A stretch of DNA of 37,785 nucleotides, from positions 13,185 to 50,969 of the forward strand of contig CAYYEM010000004.1 of NCBI GenBank assembly GCA_964470915.1, given 5' to 3'. Origin of the DNA: an uncultured Pseudomonadota bacterium. GTDB lineage: Bacteria > UBA10199 > JADFYH01. Shown in pieces: positions 1 to 11,506 of the stretch; within the stretch, counting starts at the first letter, position 1; each line of letters starts with the position of its first letter. Made by a program: the position numbers and the translations under genes. The notes under the pieces were generated by a model that was given only the letters and a program-made list of their open reading frames with translations, was not told where the DNA came from and did no database searches.

Positions 1-1766
1 GAGATAAAGTCAGAAAAGGTGATGTGTTGGCAGATGGTCCTTCCACTGAAAGAGGAGAGTTAGCTTTAGGGCAAAACGTAGTTGTCGCCTTTATGCCTTG
101 GGGTGGATATAATTTCGAAGACTCAATTTTAATTTCTGAACGCCTCATTCGGGATGATATTTTCACCTCGATTCATATTGAAGAATTCGAATGTGTTGCT
201 CGAGATACCAAGCTTGGAAAAGAAGAAATTACGCGTGATATTCCAAATGTGGGTGAAGAAGCCCTGAAAGATTTGGACGAATCCGGTATGATTCGTATTG
301 GAGCTGAAGTAAATCCCGGTGATATTCTTGTAGGTAAGATCACTCCAAAAGGTGAAACTCAACTTTCTCCTGAAGAAAAATTACTACGTGCAATTTTCGG
401 TGAAAAAGCAGGAGATGTGAAGGATACTTCGCTTCGAGTTCCTCCTGGAGTTTCGGGTACTATTATTGATGCCCAAGTTTTTTCACGAGAAGGCGCAGAG
501 CTGGATGATCGCGCGAAAGATATTCAGGATAAAGAAACTGGTAAGCTTTTTAAAGACTTACAAGACGAAATTAAAATTATCCATGAATCAGCTGCAAAAA
601 AATTAAAGCCCTTCCTTTTAGGTAAAGTGTCCACCAGTAAAGTGGCAGATGATAAAACAGAAGAAGTTTATCTCCAAAAAGGGAAAAACATCACTGAAGG
701 TGTATTGTCTAAAATCCCCATGGAAAAATGGTCTGAAATTACAGTTTCTGGTGGAGAAGACTTTGAAACTGAAATGCAGGAAATTTTGGATGCCATGGAA
801 GAACAAGTTGATTTTGTGAAAATGGTTTATGACCAGAAGGTAAACAAAATCAGAAAAGGTGATGAGTTGCCTCCAGGTGTCATTAAGATGGTTAAAGTTT
901 ACGTGGCCATCAAAAGAAAACTTTCCGTGGGAGATAAAATGGCAGGACGCCATGGAAACAAAGGGGTTATCTCTCGAGCACTACCTCCAGAAGATATGCC
1001 TTATATGGAAGATGGTTCTTCAGTGGATATTGTGCTCAATCCTTTGGGTGTTCCTTCTCGTATGAACGTAGGACAAATTCTTGAAATCCATTTGGGCTGG
1101 GCAGGAAAAGGTCTCGGTCAAAAAATTCAAGAAATGATGGATGCTCAATTTGATAAAGACAACATTCGTGCCTTTTTGAAAAAGGTTTATTCTTCTAAAG
1201 ATGTGCACGCTATTTTAGATGAATTGAATGAGAAAGAATTGAAATCTCTCGCAAACGATTTGAAGAGTGGCGTTTATATGGCTACTCCTGTTTTTGATGG
1301 TGGTAAGGAAGAAGAAATCAAGAACATGCTTGATTTGGGTGGTTTGCCTAAAAGTGGCCAGGCCATCTTGTTTGATGGAAAAACAGGAGAAGCATTTGAT
1401 AAGCCCGTAACGGTAGGGGTGATGTACATGTTGAAATTACATCACTTGGTTGACGATAAAATTCATGCTCGAAGTATTGGACCTTATTCTCTCGTTACTC
1501 AGCAGCCTCTGGGTGGTAAAGCTCAATTCGGAGGACAAAGACTCGGAGAAATGGAAGTCTGGGCGATGGAAGCTTATGGCGCTGCTTATTCCTTGCAAGA
1601 GTTCTTAACAGTGAAGTCAGATGACGTTATTGGCCGAACCCGAATGTATGAGGCTATTGTAAAGGGTAGCAATACTCTAGAACCTGGAATACCGGAGTCT
1701 TTCAATGTTTTGGTGAAAGAACTCCAAAGTTTGGCTCTTAATGTTGAGTTAGTAGAAAATAAATAG
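1..1766 (+). CDS. rpoB: DNA-directed RNA polymerase subunit beta, C-terminal 587 codons (5' end upstream of window)
   Basis: Frame is open from base 3 to TAG at 1764-1766. Beta motifs [33 protein letters not shown] and [12 protein letters not shown] are present. rpoC follows directly. Confidence 0.97.
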   Translation, partial: DKVRKGDVLADGPSTERGELALGQNVVVAFMPWGGYNFEDSILISERLIRDDIFTSIHIEEFECVARDTKLGKEEITRDIPNVGEEALKDLDESGMIRIGAEVNPGDILVGKITPKGETQLSPEEKLLRAIFGEKAGDVKDTSLRVPPGVSGTIIDAQVFSREGAELDDRAKDIQDKETGKLFKDLQDEIKIIHESAAKKLKPFLLGKVSTSKVADDKTEEVYLQKGKNITEGVLSKIPMEKWSEITVSGGEDFETEMQEILDAMEEQVDFVKMVYDQKVNKIRKGDELPPGVIKMVKVYVAIKRKLSVGDKMAGRHGNKGVISRALPPEDMPYMEDGSSVDIVLNPLGVPSRMNVGQILEIHLGWAGKGLGQKIQEMMDAQFDKDNIRAFLKKVYSSKDVHAILDELNEKELKSLANDLKSGVYMATPVFDGGKEEEIKNMLDLGGLPKSGQAILFDGKTGEAFDKPVTVGVMYMLKLHHLVDDKIHARSIGPYSLVTQQPLGGKAQFGGQRLGEMEVWAMEAYGAAYSLQEFLTVKSDDVIGRTRMYEAIVKGSNTLEPGIPESFNVLVKELQSLALNVELVENK

Positions 1767-1775
1767 ATTATCTTT

Positions 1776-1805
1776 TGTAGGGACGCAAAAAAATGCGTCT
1801 CTATA
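1776..1805 (+). repeat. TAGGGRC-foot hairpin, copy A (TGTAGGGACGCA-AAAAAA-TGCGTCTCTATA)
   Basis: Hand-folded 12-bp stem (2 G.U pairs) with a 6-nt A loop, 10 nt after the rpoB stop. No U-tract. Shares its foot sequence with the copies at 6559, 32749 and 37718. Confidence 0.6.
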
Positions 1806-1830
1806 AAAAACTATAGTAAGGAGAATCCCC

Positions 1831-4800
1831 TTGGATATCCAAGCCTTTTTCGAAAAACCTAAAGATCCACTTATGTTTTCAGGAATTAAAATTTCTCTTT
1901 GTTCTCCTGAAATGATTCGTAGTTGGTCTCATGGGGAAGTTAAGAAACCGGAAACCATTAACTACCGAACCTTCAAACCTGAACGCGACGGTTTATTTTG
2001 CGCGAAGATTTTTGGCCCTGTAAAAGACTACGAATGTAATTGCGGAAAATATAAACGCATGAAGCATCGCGGGATTGTCTGCGAAAAATGCGGTGTAGAA
2101 GTTATTCAATCCAAAGTACGACGTGAAAGAATGGGGCATATTAATTTAGCCACTCCCGTCGCTCATATTTGGTTTTTGAAAAGCTTACCTTCTCGAATTG
2201 GAACAGTGCTCGATGTCACTCTGCGTGATCTTGAAAAAGTTCTTTATTGTGAAGCTTATATTGTCACTGATCCTGGCACTTCAAAATTGAGCGAGGGAGA
2301 AATTCTTTCCGAAGAAAAATTTCAAAAAGCCCGCGAAGAATTTCCTGGTGGTTTTATTGCGAAGATGGGTGGCGATGCTGTTTTGGAAATGCTCAAGAAA
2401 ATTGATTTGGATGAGTTGACCAAAAAGTTACGTAAGGAAATGGATAAAACTTCTTCAGAAACTGTGAAGAAAAAATTGGCAAAACGTTTAAAAGTTTTGG
2501 AAGCATTGCGTGACTCAGGAAATCGCCCAGAATGGATGATGCTTGAAGTAATTCCTGTGATTCCACCTGATTTGCGTCCTTTGGTGCCTTTAGAAGGTGG
2601 ACGTTTTGCAACCAGTGATCTAAATGATTTGTATCGTCGTGTTATCAATCGAAATAATCGTTTAAAAAGACTCCAAGAATTAAATGCTCCCGAAATCATT
2701 ATTCGTAACGAAAAACGAATGTTGCAAGAATCAGTGGATGCTCTTTTTGATAACGGTCGACGTGGCAAAGTCTTTACAGGACCTAATCGTAGACCCCTTC
2801 GCTCTTTGTCCGATATGATTAAGGGTAAGCAAGGTCGTTTCCGACAAAATCTTCTTGGAAAACGCGTCGATTATTCAGGCCGTTCTGTTATTGTTGTGGG
2901 CCCAGAGCTTAAGCTGCATCAATGCGGATTGCCTAAGTTAATGGCTTTAGAATTGTTCCGTCCTTTTATTTACAATAAACTTGAAGAACGTGGTTATGTT
3001 TCTACCATCAAAAGTGCAAAAAAGATGGTAGAAAAACAGAAGCCCGAAGTATGGGATGTGCTCGAAGAAGTCATTAAAGAACATCCTATTCTTTTAAACC
3101 GAGCACCCACGCTTCACCGCCTTGGTATTCAAGCTTTTGAACCATTATTGATCGAAGGTAAAGCCATACAGCTTCATCCGCTGGTCTGCGCTGCTTTCAA
3201 TGCGGACTTTGACGGAGATCAAATGGCGGTTCACGTTCCACTTTCAATCGAAGCACAAATTGAAGCACGTGTTTTGATGATGAGTACTAATAATATTTTA
3301 TCTCCCGCAAACGGTAAGCCAATTATTGTTCCCACTCAGGATATGGTTTTGGGTCTTTATTACATGACTCGTGAAAAAGTGTTTGCAAAGGGAGAAAATA
3401 AAATTTTCTCAAGTCCGGAAGAAGTTCGAATTGCCTATGACACATCTGAAGTAGAGCTTCATGCACGTGTGAAAGTTCGTATGAATGGTCAACTGCTTGA
3501 AACAACAGTAGGGCGTGTATTGCTCAATGAAATTATACCAAAAGCAATTCCTTTTAAATCCATCAATAAAGTAATGGATAAAAAAGCAATCGCTGAATTG
3601 ATTGATACGGTTTACCGCCAATGCGGCAATAAAGAAACAGTGCTCTTGGCCGACCGTATGAAAAATCTAGGTTTCCACTTTTCAAGTAAAGCCGGCATTT
3701 CAATTTGTATTGATGACATGAAGATTCCTACTGTGAAGGAAAAGAACTTAAATGAAGCTTATGCCGAAGTAAAAGAAGTAGAAGATCAGTACGTTGAAGG
3801 TTTGATCACAGACGGTGAACGATACAATAAAATTGTAGATATTTGGGCTCAGACTACAGAAAATATTTCTGCTGAAATGGTGAAAGAACTCAGTGTGGAT
3901 ACCATTCAGGACGATCAAGGTAATTCCAAAACCATGCCTTCGTTTAACTCAATCTATATCATGGCAGATTCTGGTGCGAGAGGTTCTACTCAGCAAATGC
4001 GTCAGCTCGCAGGTATGCGCGGTTTGATGGCTAAACCTTCTGGCGAAATTATTGAAACTCCTATTACAGCTAATTTCCGTGAAGGTTTGACCGTGTTGCA
4101 GTATTTTATTTCAACTCACGGTGCTCGCAAAGGATTGGCTGACACTGCTTTGAAAACCGCAAACTCAGGTTACTTGACTCGTCGTTTGGTGGACGTGGCT
4201 CAAGATGTGGTGGTGTCTGAAATTGATTGTGGAACAATTGATGGTATCGACATTACTCCACTTGTGGAAGGTGGAGAAGTGATTGAACCTTTAGGAGATC
4301 GTATTCTAGGTCGAGTGGCTGTGGATGATATTGTTGATCCGATTACTCAACAAGTTCTAGTGCAAGCTGGGGATGAAATTGACGAAAGTAAAGTTTCTAT
4401 CATCGAAGAAGCTGGAATTGAAAAAATTAAAATTCGTTCAGGAATGACTTGTCAGGCGGGTCGTGGCATTTGTGTAAAATGTTATGGACGTGATTTGGCT
4501 CGTGGAAAAATGGTGAATCTTGGAGAAGCTGTGGGAGTTATTGCAGCTCAGTCCATTGGTGAGCCTGGAACTCAGTTAACCATGAGAACCTTCCACGTCG
4601 GAGGCGCAGCTTCTAGACGTGCGGAACAATCAACATTAGAAAATCGTAATGAAGGAACCGTAAACTTTATTAATGTTGTAAAAGTTCAAAATAAAGAAGG
4701 TAGTTTTACGGTTATGAATCGTCATGGTGAAATTGCAATAGTAGATGATTCAGGTCGTGAGCGTGAACGATATAAGATGAACTATGGTGCTAAGCTTTTG

Positions 4801-5934
4801 GTGAAAGAAGGAAGCAAGATTGCCCCAAACACTTTGATGGCAGAATGGGATCCTTATACGATTCCTATTTTAACTGAAGTAGAAGGGGTGATTAAGTACG
4901 GAGATTTATTAGAAGGTATCACCATGCAGGAAATGGTGGATGAAGTTACAGGTTTGTCCCGTAAGGTGATTGTAGAATCTAAGCAAACGGATCTTCGCCC
5001 ACGTATTTCTATAAAAGATCAAGCAGGTCGTACTCAAAAACTTCCAAATTCCAATACCGAAGCTCGTTACCTTCTCCCTATTGGAGCGAATATTGTGGTT
5101 AGTGAAGGGGAAAGTATTGTTCCAGGTGATGTCATTGCTAAAATTCCTCGTGAAACAACAAAAACTAAAGATATCACAGGAGGTTTGCCTCGTGTTGCTG
5201 AATTGTTTGAAGCTCGCAAACCCAAAGAGTCTGCCATTATCAGTGAAGTGGATGGTATTGTAAGTTTTGGAAAAGACACCAAAGGAAAACGAAAAGTTAT
5301 TGTAACTCCTGAAATGGGTGAACCTTCAGAATATTTGATTGCTAAAGGTAAGCATATTGCAGTTCGTGAAGGAGATCGCATTAAAGCTGGTGAACCGTTG
5401 ATGGATGGTTCTGCAAATCCACATGATATTTTAAAAGTGTTAGGTGAAAAGGAATTGGCAAAGTACTTGGTGGATGAAATTCAAGAAGTGTATCGTCTGC
5501 AAGGGGTTAAAATTAACGATAAGCATATTGAAGTGATCGTGCGTCAAATGTTGCGTCGTATCCGAATTAAGGACCCAGGAGATACTAACTTCTTGATTGA
5601 TGAACAGGTGGATCGTCATATCTTTGAAGTAGAAAATGAGAAGGTTAAAAAGAAGAGCGGCAAGCCTGCTACAGGCGAAGCGATGCTTTTAGGAATAACC
5701 AAAGCCTCCCTTTCTACCGAAAGCTTTATCTCAGCAGCCTCATTCCAAGAAACCACGCGTGTTCTTACCGAAGCCGCAATTACTGGCAAGGTAGATATGC
5801 TCCATGGTCTCAAAGAGAATGTCATTATGGGTCGATTGGTTCCCGCAGGGACTGGGCTTAAAAAGTATAGAGATATGAAGATCTTAGTGGAAGAAAGCTT
5901 GAGTCTTGAACAATCTTTAAAGACAGGTTCTTGA
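1831..5934 (+). CDS. rpoC: DNA-directed RNA polymerase subunit beta' (unsplit, 1367 aa)
   Basis: TTG start 6 nt after AAGGAG. Zn finger [20 protein letters not shown] and catalytic [12 protein letters not shown] are present. Confidence 0.97.
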   Translation: MDIQAFFEKPKDPLMFSGIKISLCSPEMIRSWSHGEVKKPETINYRTFKPERDGLFCAKIFGPVKDYECNCGKYKRMKHRGIVCEKCGVEVIQSKVRRERMGHINLATPVAHIWFLKSLPSRIGTVLDVTLRDLEKVLYCEAYIVTDPGTSKLSEGEILSEEKFQKAREEFPGGFIAKMGGDAVLEMLKKIDLDELTKKLRKEMDKTSSETVKKKLAKRLKVLEALRDSGNRPEWMMLEVIPVIPPDLRPLVPLEGGRFATSDLNDLYRRVINRNNRLKRLQELNAPEIIIRNEKRMLQESVDALFDNGRRGKVFTGPNRRPLRSLSDMIKGKQGRFRQNLLGKRVDYSGRSVIVVGPELKLHQCGLPKLMALELFRPFIYNKLEERGYVSTIKSAKKMVEKQKPEVWDVLEEVIKEHPILLNRAPTLHRLGIQAFEPLLIEGKAIQLHPLVCAAFNADFDGDQMAVHVPLSIEAQIEARVLMMSTNNILSPANGKPIIVPTQDMVLGLYYMTREKVFAKGENKIFSSPEEVRIAYDTSEVELHARVKVRMNGQLLETTVGRVLLNEIIPKAIPFKSINKVMDKKAIAELIDTVYRQCGNKETVLLADRMKNLGFHFSSKAGISICIDDMKIPTVKEKNLNEAYAEVKEVEDQYVEGLITDGERYNKIVDIWAQTTENISAEMVKELSVDTIQDDQGNSKTMPSFNSIYIMADSGARGSTQQMRQLAGMRGLMAKPSGEIIETPITANFREGLTVLQYFISTHGARKGLADTALKTANSGYLTRRLVDVAQDVVVSEIDCGTIDGIDITPLVEGGEVIEPLGDRILGRVAVDDIVDPITQQVLVQAGDEIDESKVSIIEEAGIEKIKIRSGMTCQAGRGICVKCYGRDLARGKMVNLGEAVGVIAAQSIGEPGTQLTMRTFHVGGAASRRAEQSTLENRNEGTVNFINVVKVQNKEGSFTVMNRHGEIAIVDDSGRERERYKMNYGAKLLVKEGSKIAPNTLMAEWDPYTIPILTEVEGVIKYGDLLEGITMQEMVDEVTGLSRKVIVESKQTDLRPRISIKDQAGRTQKLPNSNTEARYLLPIGANIVVSEGESIVPGDVIAKIPRETTKTKDITGGLPRVAELFEARKPKESAIISEVDGIVSFGKDTKGKRKVIVTPEMGEPSEYLIAKGKHIAVREGDRIKAGEPLMDGSANPHDILKVLGEKELAKYLVDEIQEVYRLQGVKINDKHIEVIVRQMLRRIRIKDPGDTNFLIDEQVDRHIFEVENEKVKKKSGKPATGEAMLLGITKASLSTESFISAASFQETTRVLTEAAITGKVDMLHGLKENVIMGRLVPAGTGLKKYRDMKILVEESLSLEQSLKTGS

Positions 5935-5980
5935 TGTTTTGAAGACTTCGCCTTTAAAGGTCGATAAATTCTTGTAAAGA

Positions 5981-6014
5981 AAGGGTAAAGTCGTTGACAG
6001 ACTTTACCCTTTTT
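5981..6014 (+). terminator. Rho-independent terminator after rpoC
   Basis: Perfect 12-bp stem AAGGGTAAAGTC / GACTTTACCCTT (5981-5992 / 6000-6011) with loop GTTGACA, followed by TTTT. Confidence 0.75.
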
Positions 6015-6022
6015 GCTACATA
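5994..6022 (+). promoter_or_regulatory. Candidate sigma70-type promoter for the str operon, -35 inside the terminator loop
   Basis: TTGACA (5994-5999), 17-nt spacer, then TACATA (6017-6022). The -10 is weak, so this is tentative. Confidence 0.3.
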
Positions 6023-6094
6023 TCGCGACTCTTTTTTTGAAAGTTTTTAAATAGCCTGTAACTATTTGGAATAACAAGTTTTTTTAAGGTTTTA

Positions 6095-6166
6095 ACTTCC
6101 TGACTTAGGCGTTTGAGATCGAGTGATCTACAGCCTGAACAAGGAAGTGTTTACGTGTGTTAAACA
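6095..6166 (+). promoter_or_regulatory. Structured rpsL leader (two hand-folded stem-loops)
   Basis: ACTTCCT (6095-6101) pairs with AGGAAGT (6142-6148). This encloses AGGC/GCCT and AGATC-GAGT-GATCT. A second hairpin follows, TGTTTA/TAAACA (6148-6166). Confidence 0.3.
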
Positions 6167-6183
6167 TTTAAGCGAGAAAAAAT

Positions 6184-6555
6184 ATGCCAACGATAAGTCA
6201 GTTAGTTCGAAAAGGTAGACAGTCGGTGCAGTGGAAAACTAATTCACCTGCTTTAAATCGCTGTCCTCAAAAAAGAGGTGTTTGTACGCGTGTTTATACT
6301 ACAACACCTAAGAAGCCTAACTCAGCTCTCCGTAAGGTTGCACGTGTTCGTCTGACCAACGGGGTGGAAGTAACCAGTTATATCCCTGGGGAAGGGCATA
6401 ACTTGCAAGAGCATTCTGTGGTATTAATTCGAGGGGGTCGTGTGAAAGATCTTCCTGGGGTTCGCTATCATATTATTCGTGGTGCTTTAGATACCCAAGG
6501 GGTTGCCAAAAGAAAACAAGCTCGTTCTAAATACGGAGCTAAAAAAGCTTCATAA
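6184..6555 (+). CDS. rpsL: 30S ribosomal protein S12
   Basis: 123 aa with [12 protein letters not shown]..., [11 protein letters not shown] and [13 protein letters not shown]. Confidence 0.98.
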   Translation: MPTISQLVRKGRQSVQWKTNSPALNRCPQKRGVCTRVYTTTPKKPNSALRKVARVRLTNGVEVTSYIPGEGHNLQEHSVVLIRGGRVKDLPGVRYHIIRGALDTQGVAKRKQARSKYGAKKAS

Positions 6556-6558
6556 GGG

Positions 6559-6584
6559 TAGGGGCAAATCATGATTTGCTCTTA
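6559..6584 (+). repeat. TAGGGRC-foot hairpin, copy B (TAGGGGCAAATC-ATGA-TTTGCTCTTA)
   Basis: Contains the perfect 16-nt palindrome GCAAATCATGATTTGC (6564-6579), extended by G.U/A-T pairs. Lies 4 nt after the rpsL stop, in the rpsL-rpsG spacer. Confidence 0.55.
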
Positions 6585-6592
6585 AAAAATAT

Positions 6593-7063
6593 ATGTCACG
6601 TAAAGGAAATATTCAAAAAAGAAAAGTTCTTCCAGATCCAAAATTTCATGACAAGTTGGTGAGCAAGTTTGTAACCAAATTGATGGAAGATGGTAAAAAA
6701 AGTTTAGCGGAAGGCGTAGTTTATAAGGCTTTTGATATTTTACAGAAAAAATTGAACGATGAGCCTTTGAAGCTTTTTAAGCAAGCTTTGGATAATATTA
6801 AACCAGTTTTAGAAGTAAGATCTCGTCGTGTGGGAGGTGCTACTTATCAAGTTCCTGTAGAGGTAAGACCGGATCGCCGCGTTTCTTTAGGGTTGCGTTG
6901 GTTGGTGGAATATTCACGTCAGCGTGGTGAAAAGACAATGCAGGATCGCTTGGCAGGTGAAATTATGGATGCTCTTAATAATAGAGGCGCTTCCATTAAA
7001 AAACGAGAAGATGTTCATAAGATGGCTGAATCGAATCGTGCTTTTGCTCATTATCGTTGGTAA
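6593..7063 (+). CDS. rpsG: 30S ribosomal protein S7
   Basis: 156 aa with typical S7 sequence (...[19 protein letters not shown]...) in the str operon position. Confidence 0.98.
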   Translation: MSRKGNIQKRKVLPDPKFHDKLVSKFVTKLMEDGKKSLAEGVVYKAFDILQKKLNDEPLKLFKQALDNIKPVLEVRSRRVGGATYQVPVEVRPDRRVSLGLRWLVEYSRQRGEKTMQDRLAGEIMDALNNRGASIKKREDVHKMAESNRAFAHYRW

Positions 7064-7066
7064 TTT

Positions 7067-9148
7067 ATGTCTTTGTTGGAAAAAACAAGAAATATTGGGA
7101 TTATGGCCCACATCGACGCCGGGAAGACGACCACAACGGAGCGTATTCTATACTATACCGGCGTTTCCCATAAAATTGGGGAAGTTCATGATGGTACGGC
7201 AGTCATGGATTGGATGATTCAGGAGCAGGAGAGAGGAATTACGATTACTTCAGCTGCGACTACTTGTTTTTGGAAAGATTATCGTATCAATATTATTGAT
7301 ACTCCAGGTCATGTGGATTTTACGATTGAAGTTGAGCGTTCTTTGAGAGTTTTAGATGGTGCGATTGGTGTTTTTTGTTCGGTAGGTGGAGTGGAACCGC
7401 AATCGGAAACAGTGTGGAGACAGGCAAATAAATATCATGTCCCACGTATTGCCTTTGTAAACAAAATGGATCGAGTGGGTGCTGATTTTTTCCGAGTAGT
7501 GCAAATGATGGTGGATCGTCTGCATGCAAATCCAGTTTGTTTCCAGATTCCATGGGGTGCGGAAGATCAATTTAAGGGTGTTGTAGATCTTGTCCGGATG
7601 AAGGCTCTTACTTTTGATGATGCCACTTTGGGTGAAGTGTTTAAAGAGCAAGAAATTCCAGCAGAGCTTCAGGAGCTTGCAAAAAATTATCGTGAGAAAC
7701 TTTTAGAAGCTGTGGTCGAGAATGATGAGCTGTTAATGGAAAAGTATCTTTCAGGTGAAGATATTTCTCCAGAACAGCTGATTAAGGTAGCTCGTAAGGC
7801 AGCGATTGCGATGAAGATTACCCCAGTGTTTTGTGGGGCGTCTTTTAAAAATAAGGGAATTCAGCAGTTGTTGGATGCTGTGGTAGATTTACTTCCTTCT
7901 CCTTTGGATATTCCACCAGTAGAAGGTAGTTTGCCAGATCAGCCAGAAGTTTACGAAAAAAGAGAAGCGAATGCATTAGCTCCTTTTTCTGCTCTGGCAT
8001 TCAAGATTATGTCAGACCCCTTTGTTGGACAGTTGACATATTTCAGAGTCTACTCTGGTAGTTTGAGTTCAGGTTCTTATGTTTACAACTCGACCAAGGG
8101 TAGAAAAGAACGTGTAAGTCGTTTGCTTAGAATGCATGCAAACAAGAGGGAAGAAATTGAAGGTGTGGAAGCAGGTGATATTGCGGCAACTGTAGGTTTA
8201 AAGTTTACCACCACGGGAGATACTTTGTGCGATGAAGCGAAACCAATTCTCTTAGAGCGCATGGAATTTCCAGAGCCTGTGATTGCAGTAGCGATTGAGC
8301 CTAAGACAAAAGCGGATCAAGAAAAGTTGGGAATGTCCTTGCAGCGTTTGGCAACAGAAGATCCTTCTTTTCGTGTGAAGTTTGATGAAGAAACAGGTCA
8401 GACTTTAATTTCAGGAATGGGTGAATTGCATCTTGAAATTATTGTAGATCGTTTGACACGAGAATTTAAAGTGAACGCAAATGTAGGTAAGCCCCAGGTG
8501 GCTTATCGAGAATCGATTCAAGCTCATGCTGACTCTGAAGGAAAATATATTAAGCAAACGGGTGGTCGTGGTCAGTATGGTCATGTGTGGTTGAAAGTGG
8601 AACCGTTGGAAAGAGGAAAAGGTTTTGAGTTTGTTGATAAAATTGTAGGCGGAACAATTCCAAAAGAATTTATTGCTCCTGTTCGTAAAGGAATTGAAGA
8701 AGCACTCGATAGCGGTATTATGGCAGGTTATCCAGTTGTGGATGTGAAGGTTACATTGTTTGATGGTTCATATCACGATGTAGATTCTTCAGAGATGGCA
8801 TTTAAGATCGCAGCTTCGATTGGTTTGAAGGAAGGTTTGAAATTGGCGTCTCCTGTTTTGTTAGAGCCTATTATGAATGTTGAAGTGGTAACGCCCGATG
8901 AATATTTTGGTAGTATTACGGGAGATTTGAATTCTCGCCGTGGAAAAATTATGAAAACTGACATGAGAGTGGGTTCTCAAGTGATTGATGTGCAAGTTCC
9001 GCTTGCGAACATGTTTGGATATGCTACAGATCTACGCTCTCAAAGTCAGGGACGTGCAACTTTTACGATGCAGTTTGATCATTATGAAGTAGTTCCGAAA
9101 AGCATCGCAGAAGAAATTGTAGCAAGACATCAAGGAAGAGCTTTTTAG
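7067..9148 (+). CDS. fusA: Elongation factor G
   Basis: 693 aa with [26 protein letters not shown] and NKMD. Confidence 0.98.
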   Translation: MSLLEKTRNIGIMAHIDAGKTTTTERILYYTGVSHKIGEVHDGTAVMDWMIQEQERGITITSAATTCFWKDYRINIIDTPGHVDFTIEVERSLRVLDGAIGVFCSVGGVEPQSETVWRQANKYHVPRIAFVNKMDRVGADFFRVVQMMVDRLHANPVCFQIPWGAEDQFKGVVDLVRMKALTFDDATLGEVFKEQEIPAELQELAKNYREKLLEAVVENDELLMEKYLSGEDISPEQLIKVARKAAIAMKITPVFCGASFKNKGIQQLLDAVVDLLPSPLDIPPVEGSLPDQPEVYEKREANALAPFSALAFKIMSDPFVGQLTYFRVYSGSLSSGSYVYNSTKGRKERVSRLLRMHANKREEIEGVEAGDIAATVGLKFTTTGDTLCDEAKPILLERMEFPEPVIAVAIEPKTKADQEKLGMSLQRLATEDPSFRVKFDEETGQTLISGMGELHLEIIVDRLTREFKVNANVGKPQVAYRESIQAHADSEGKYIKQTGGRGQYGHVWLKVEPLERGKGFEFVDKIVGGTIPKEFIAPVRKGIEEALDSGIMAGYPVVDVKVTLFDGSYHDVDSSEMAFKIAASIGLKEGLKLASPVLLEPIMNVEVVTPDEYFGSITGDLNSRRGKIMKTDMRVGSQVIDVQVPLANMFGYATDLRSQSQGRATFTMQFDHYEVVPKSIAEEIVARHQGRAF

Positions 9149-9196
9149 TTTTTTAAACGATTATTATTTGTCAACCCATTAGAGGAGGATGCCTTT

Positions 9197-10402
9197 ATGG
9201 CGAAGGAAAAATTTGAACGTAAAAAACCCCATGTGAATATTGGTACCATTGGTCACGTTGACCACGGTAAAACTACGACTACTGCTGCATTAACCAAAGT
9301 TTCTGAGAAACTTGGTTTCGCAAAATATGTTCCTTATGATGAAGTTGCTAAAGCATCTGAATCTCAAGGCCGTCGTGATCCTACAAAAATTTTGACCATT
9401 GCAACTTCTCACGTGGAATATGAAACCGTAAATCGTCACTATGCTCACGTTGATTGTCCAGGTCACGCAGACTATGTTAAAAACATGATCACCGGTGCTG
9501 CGCAAATGGACGGAGCTATTCTCGTTGTATCAGCAGTAGACGGTCCTATGCCTCAGACTCGCGAACACATCCTGTTGGCTCGCCAAGTAGGGGTGCCTTA
9601 TATCGTAGTGTTTATTAATAAAGTTGATGTGGTTGAAGATAAAGAACTTGTGGATCTTGTTGAATTAGAAGTTCGTGAATTGCTCAATCAATATAAGTTC
9701 CCAGGAAATGATGTTCCCGTGATTCGTGGATCTGCTACTAAAGCTTTGGCAGGAGATCAGGGTGAATTAGGTGAACCAGCTTTTCAAAAACTTTTTGAAG
9801 CGCTTGATACCTATATTCCAATTCCAGAACGTCCTTTAGATAAACCTTTCTTAATGCCTGTAGAAGACGTTTTCAGTATCTCTGGTCGCGGTACCGTTGT
9901 AACGGGTCGTGTAGAAAGAGGTATTGTAAAAGTGGGTGAAGAAATCGAAATCGTTGGTTTCCGTCCTACTGTAAAAACTACGGTAACAGGTGTTGAAATG
10001 TTCCGTAAGTTGCTTGATGAAGGTCGCGCAGGAGATAATATTGGTATTCTTCTTCGTGGAACTAAGCGTGAAGAAGTAGAACGTGGTCAAGTTTGCGCAA
10101 AGCCAGGTTCTATTACTCCTCATACAAAATTTAAAGCTGAAGTTTACATTCTGACAAAAGAAGAAGGAGGACGACATACTCCTTTCTTCACCGGATATCG
10201 TCCTCAGTTCTATTTTAGAACCACAGACGTAACCGGAGTTTTACATCTCCCCGCAGGAATTGAAATGGTAATGCCTGGTGACAATGTGAGCTGTGAAGTT
10301 GAATTGATCACCCCGATTGCCATGGAAAAAGAACTCCGTTTTGCTATCCGTGAAGGGGGCAGAACAGTAGGTGCCGGAGTTATCACGGAGGTCATCGCTT
10401 AA
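9197..10402 (+). CDS. tuf: Elongation factor Tu (divergent switch I segment)
   Basis: 401 aa with [21 protein letters not shown], and a GGAGGA RBS upstream. Switch I reads KILTI instead of RGITI. Confidence 0.97.
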   Translation: MAKEKFERKKPHVNIGTIGHVDHGKTTTTAALTKVSEKLGFAKYVPYDEVAKASESQGRRDPTKILTIATSHVEYETVNRHYAHVDCPGHADYVKNMITGAAQMDGAILVVSAVDGPMPQTREHILLARQVGVPYIVVFINKVDVVEDKELVDLVELEVRELLNQYKFPGNDVPVIRGSATKALAGDQGELGEPAFQKLFEALDTYIPIPERPLDKPFLMPVEDVFSISGRGTVVTGRVERGIVKVGEEIEIVGFRPTVKTTVTGVEMFRKLLDEGRAGDNIGILLRGTKREEVERGQVCAKPGSITPHTKFKAEVYILTKEEGGRHTPFFTGYRPQFYFRTTDVTGVLHLPAGIEMVMPGDNVSCEVELITPIAMEKELRFAIREGGRTVGAGVITEVIA

Positions 10403-10404
10403 AC

Positions 10405-10728
10405 ATGGCACAGGAGTATCAAGGACAAAAAATTAGAATACGGTTAAAGGCCTTTGATCATAAATTGCTTGATCAGTCTGCCGTAGAAATTGTTGAAACA
10501 GCGCGTAGAACAGGAGCACGGATCGCAGGACCTGTGCCTCTGCCTACCAAAATTGAACGCTATACGGTTTTAAGATCTCCTCACGTTGATAAAAAATCTC
10601 GTGAGCAGTTTGAGATTAGAACCCATAAACGTTTGCTGGATATTTTAGAGCCTACCCAGCAAACTGTGGATGCCTTGATGCGACTGGATTTGTCGGCAGG
10701 TGTCGAAGTTGAAATTAAAATGGTCTAA
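10405..10728 (+). CDS. rpsJ: 30S ribosomal protein S10
   Basis: 107 aa (...[16 protein letters not shown]...), starting 2 nt after the tuf stop. Confidence 0.98.
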   Translation: MAQEYQGQKIRIRLKAFDHKLLDQSAVEIVETARRTGARIAGPVPLPTKIERYTVLRSPHVDKKSREQFEIRTHKRLLDILEPTQQTVDALMRLDLSAGVEVEIKMV

Positions 10729-10737
10729 AGGTAACAG

Positions 10738-10808
10738 CCAGTTGCTAGATGTCAGTTGTTAGCAAAGAATTTAAAATTCTTTTAATAACAACGTTAACTA
10801 GCCGCTGG
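10738..10808 (+). repeat. Heptad-arm intercistronic hairpin element, copy 1 (rpsJ-rplC spacer)
   Basis: CCAGTTGCTAG (10738-10748) pairs with CTAGCCGCTGG (10798-10808). GTTGTTA pairs with TAACAAC. The apical stem is AAAGAATT/AATTCTTT. GT-rich 5' arm, AC-rich 3' arm. Confidence 0.6.
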
Positions 10809-10819
10809 TAATAAAATGT

Positions 10820-11503
10820 ATGGCTGGAATATTAGCAAAAAAATTAGGAATGACTCAGATGTTTACTAAAGACGGACGTTGTTTGCCTGTGACAGTAGTT
10901 CAAGCAGGTCCTTGTACTGTGATTCAAAAGAAAACAACGGAAACCGATGGTTATAATTCTGTCCAATTGGGTTTTGAGGAAACTGACTTTAGAAAACTCA
11001 ATAAGGCAGAAAAAGGTCATTTCCAAAAAAAGGAACTTAAGCCTTTTGCTTGGTTAAAGGAATTTAGAATTAATAATATTGATGATTACCAAGTGGGTCA
11101 AACTCTAACAGTAAAGCGCTTTAAAGAAGGTGATGTGATTGCTGTAACAGGAGTTTCAAAAGGTAAAGGTTTTCAAGGGGTCATTAAACGCCATCATAAA
11201 AGAGGCGGACCTAAAAGTCATGGTTCGACATTTCATAGATCTACAGGTTCGATTGGACAAAGAACTTATCCTGGTAAGGTTTTCAAAAACATGAAGTTGC
11301 CAGGTCATATGGGTGATGAAAAAGTGACGATCCAGAACTTGGAAATTGTGGAAATACGACCCGAAGAGAATTTGCTTTTTATTCGTGGCACTGTTCCTGG
11401 CGGAGTAAATGCATATTTGGTTATTAATAATTTAGAAAAAGATTTTGATCAAAGAAAAGAAGAGGTTCCTGCCTCTACTACTACAGAGGAAGCAGCAGGT
11501 TAA
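10820..11503 (+). CDS. rplC: 50S ribosomal protein L3
   Basis: 227 aa, MAGILAKKLGMTQMFTKDG..., with a short acidic C-terminal extension. Confidence 0.97.
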   Translation: MAGILAKKLGMTQMFTKDGRCLPVTVVQAGPCTVIQKKTTETDGYNSVQLGFEETDFRKLNKAEKGHFQKKELKPFAWLKEFRINNIDDYQVGQTLTVKRFKEGDVIAVTGVSKGKGFQGVIKRHHKRGGPKSHGSTFHRSTGSIGQRTYPGKVFKNMKLPGHMGDEKVTIQNLEIVEIRPEENLLFIRGTVPGGVNAYLVINNLEKDFDQRKEEVPASTTTEEAAG

Positions 11504-11506
11504 ATT

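Noticed and set aside
10-864. 15-nt exact repeat TCAGAAAAGGTGATG at 10-24 and 850-864 within rpoB.
   Set aside because: Both copies encode (V/I)RKGD(V/E)L in frame within the same gene. The match is short and explicable by similar peptide and codon usage. It is not a mobile or regulatory repeat.
2322-6077. Long antisense ORFs inside rpoC (2322-2768, 2393-2611, 3323-3621, 5067-5381, 5616-6077).
   Set aside because: They lie entirely or mostly opposite a strongly conserved CDS, have low-complexity or odd composition, and have no RBS. They are typical shadow ORFs.
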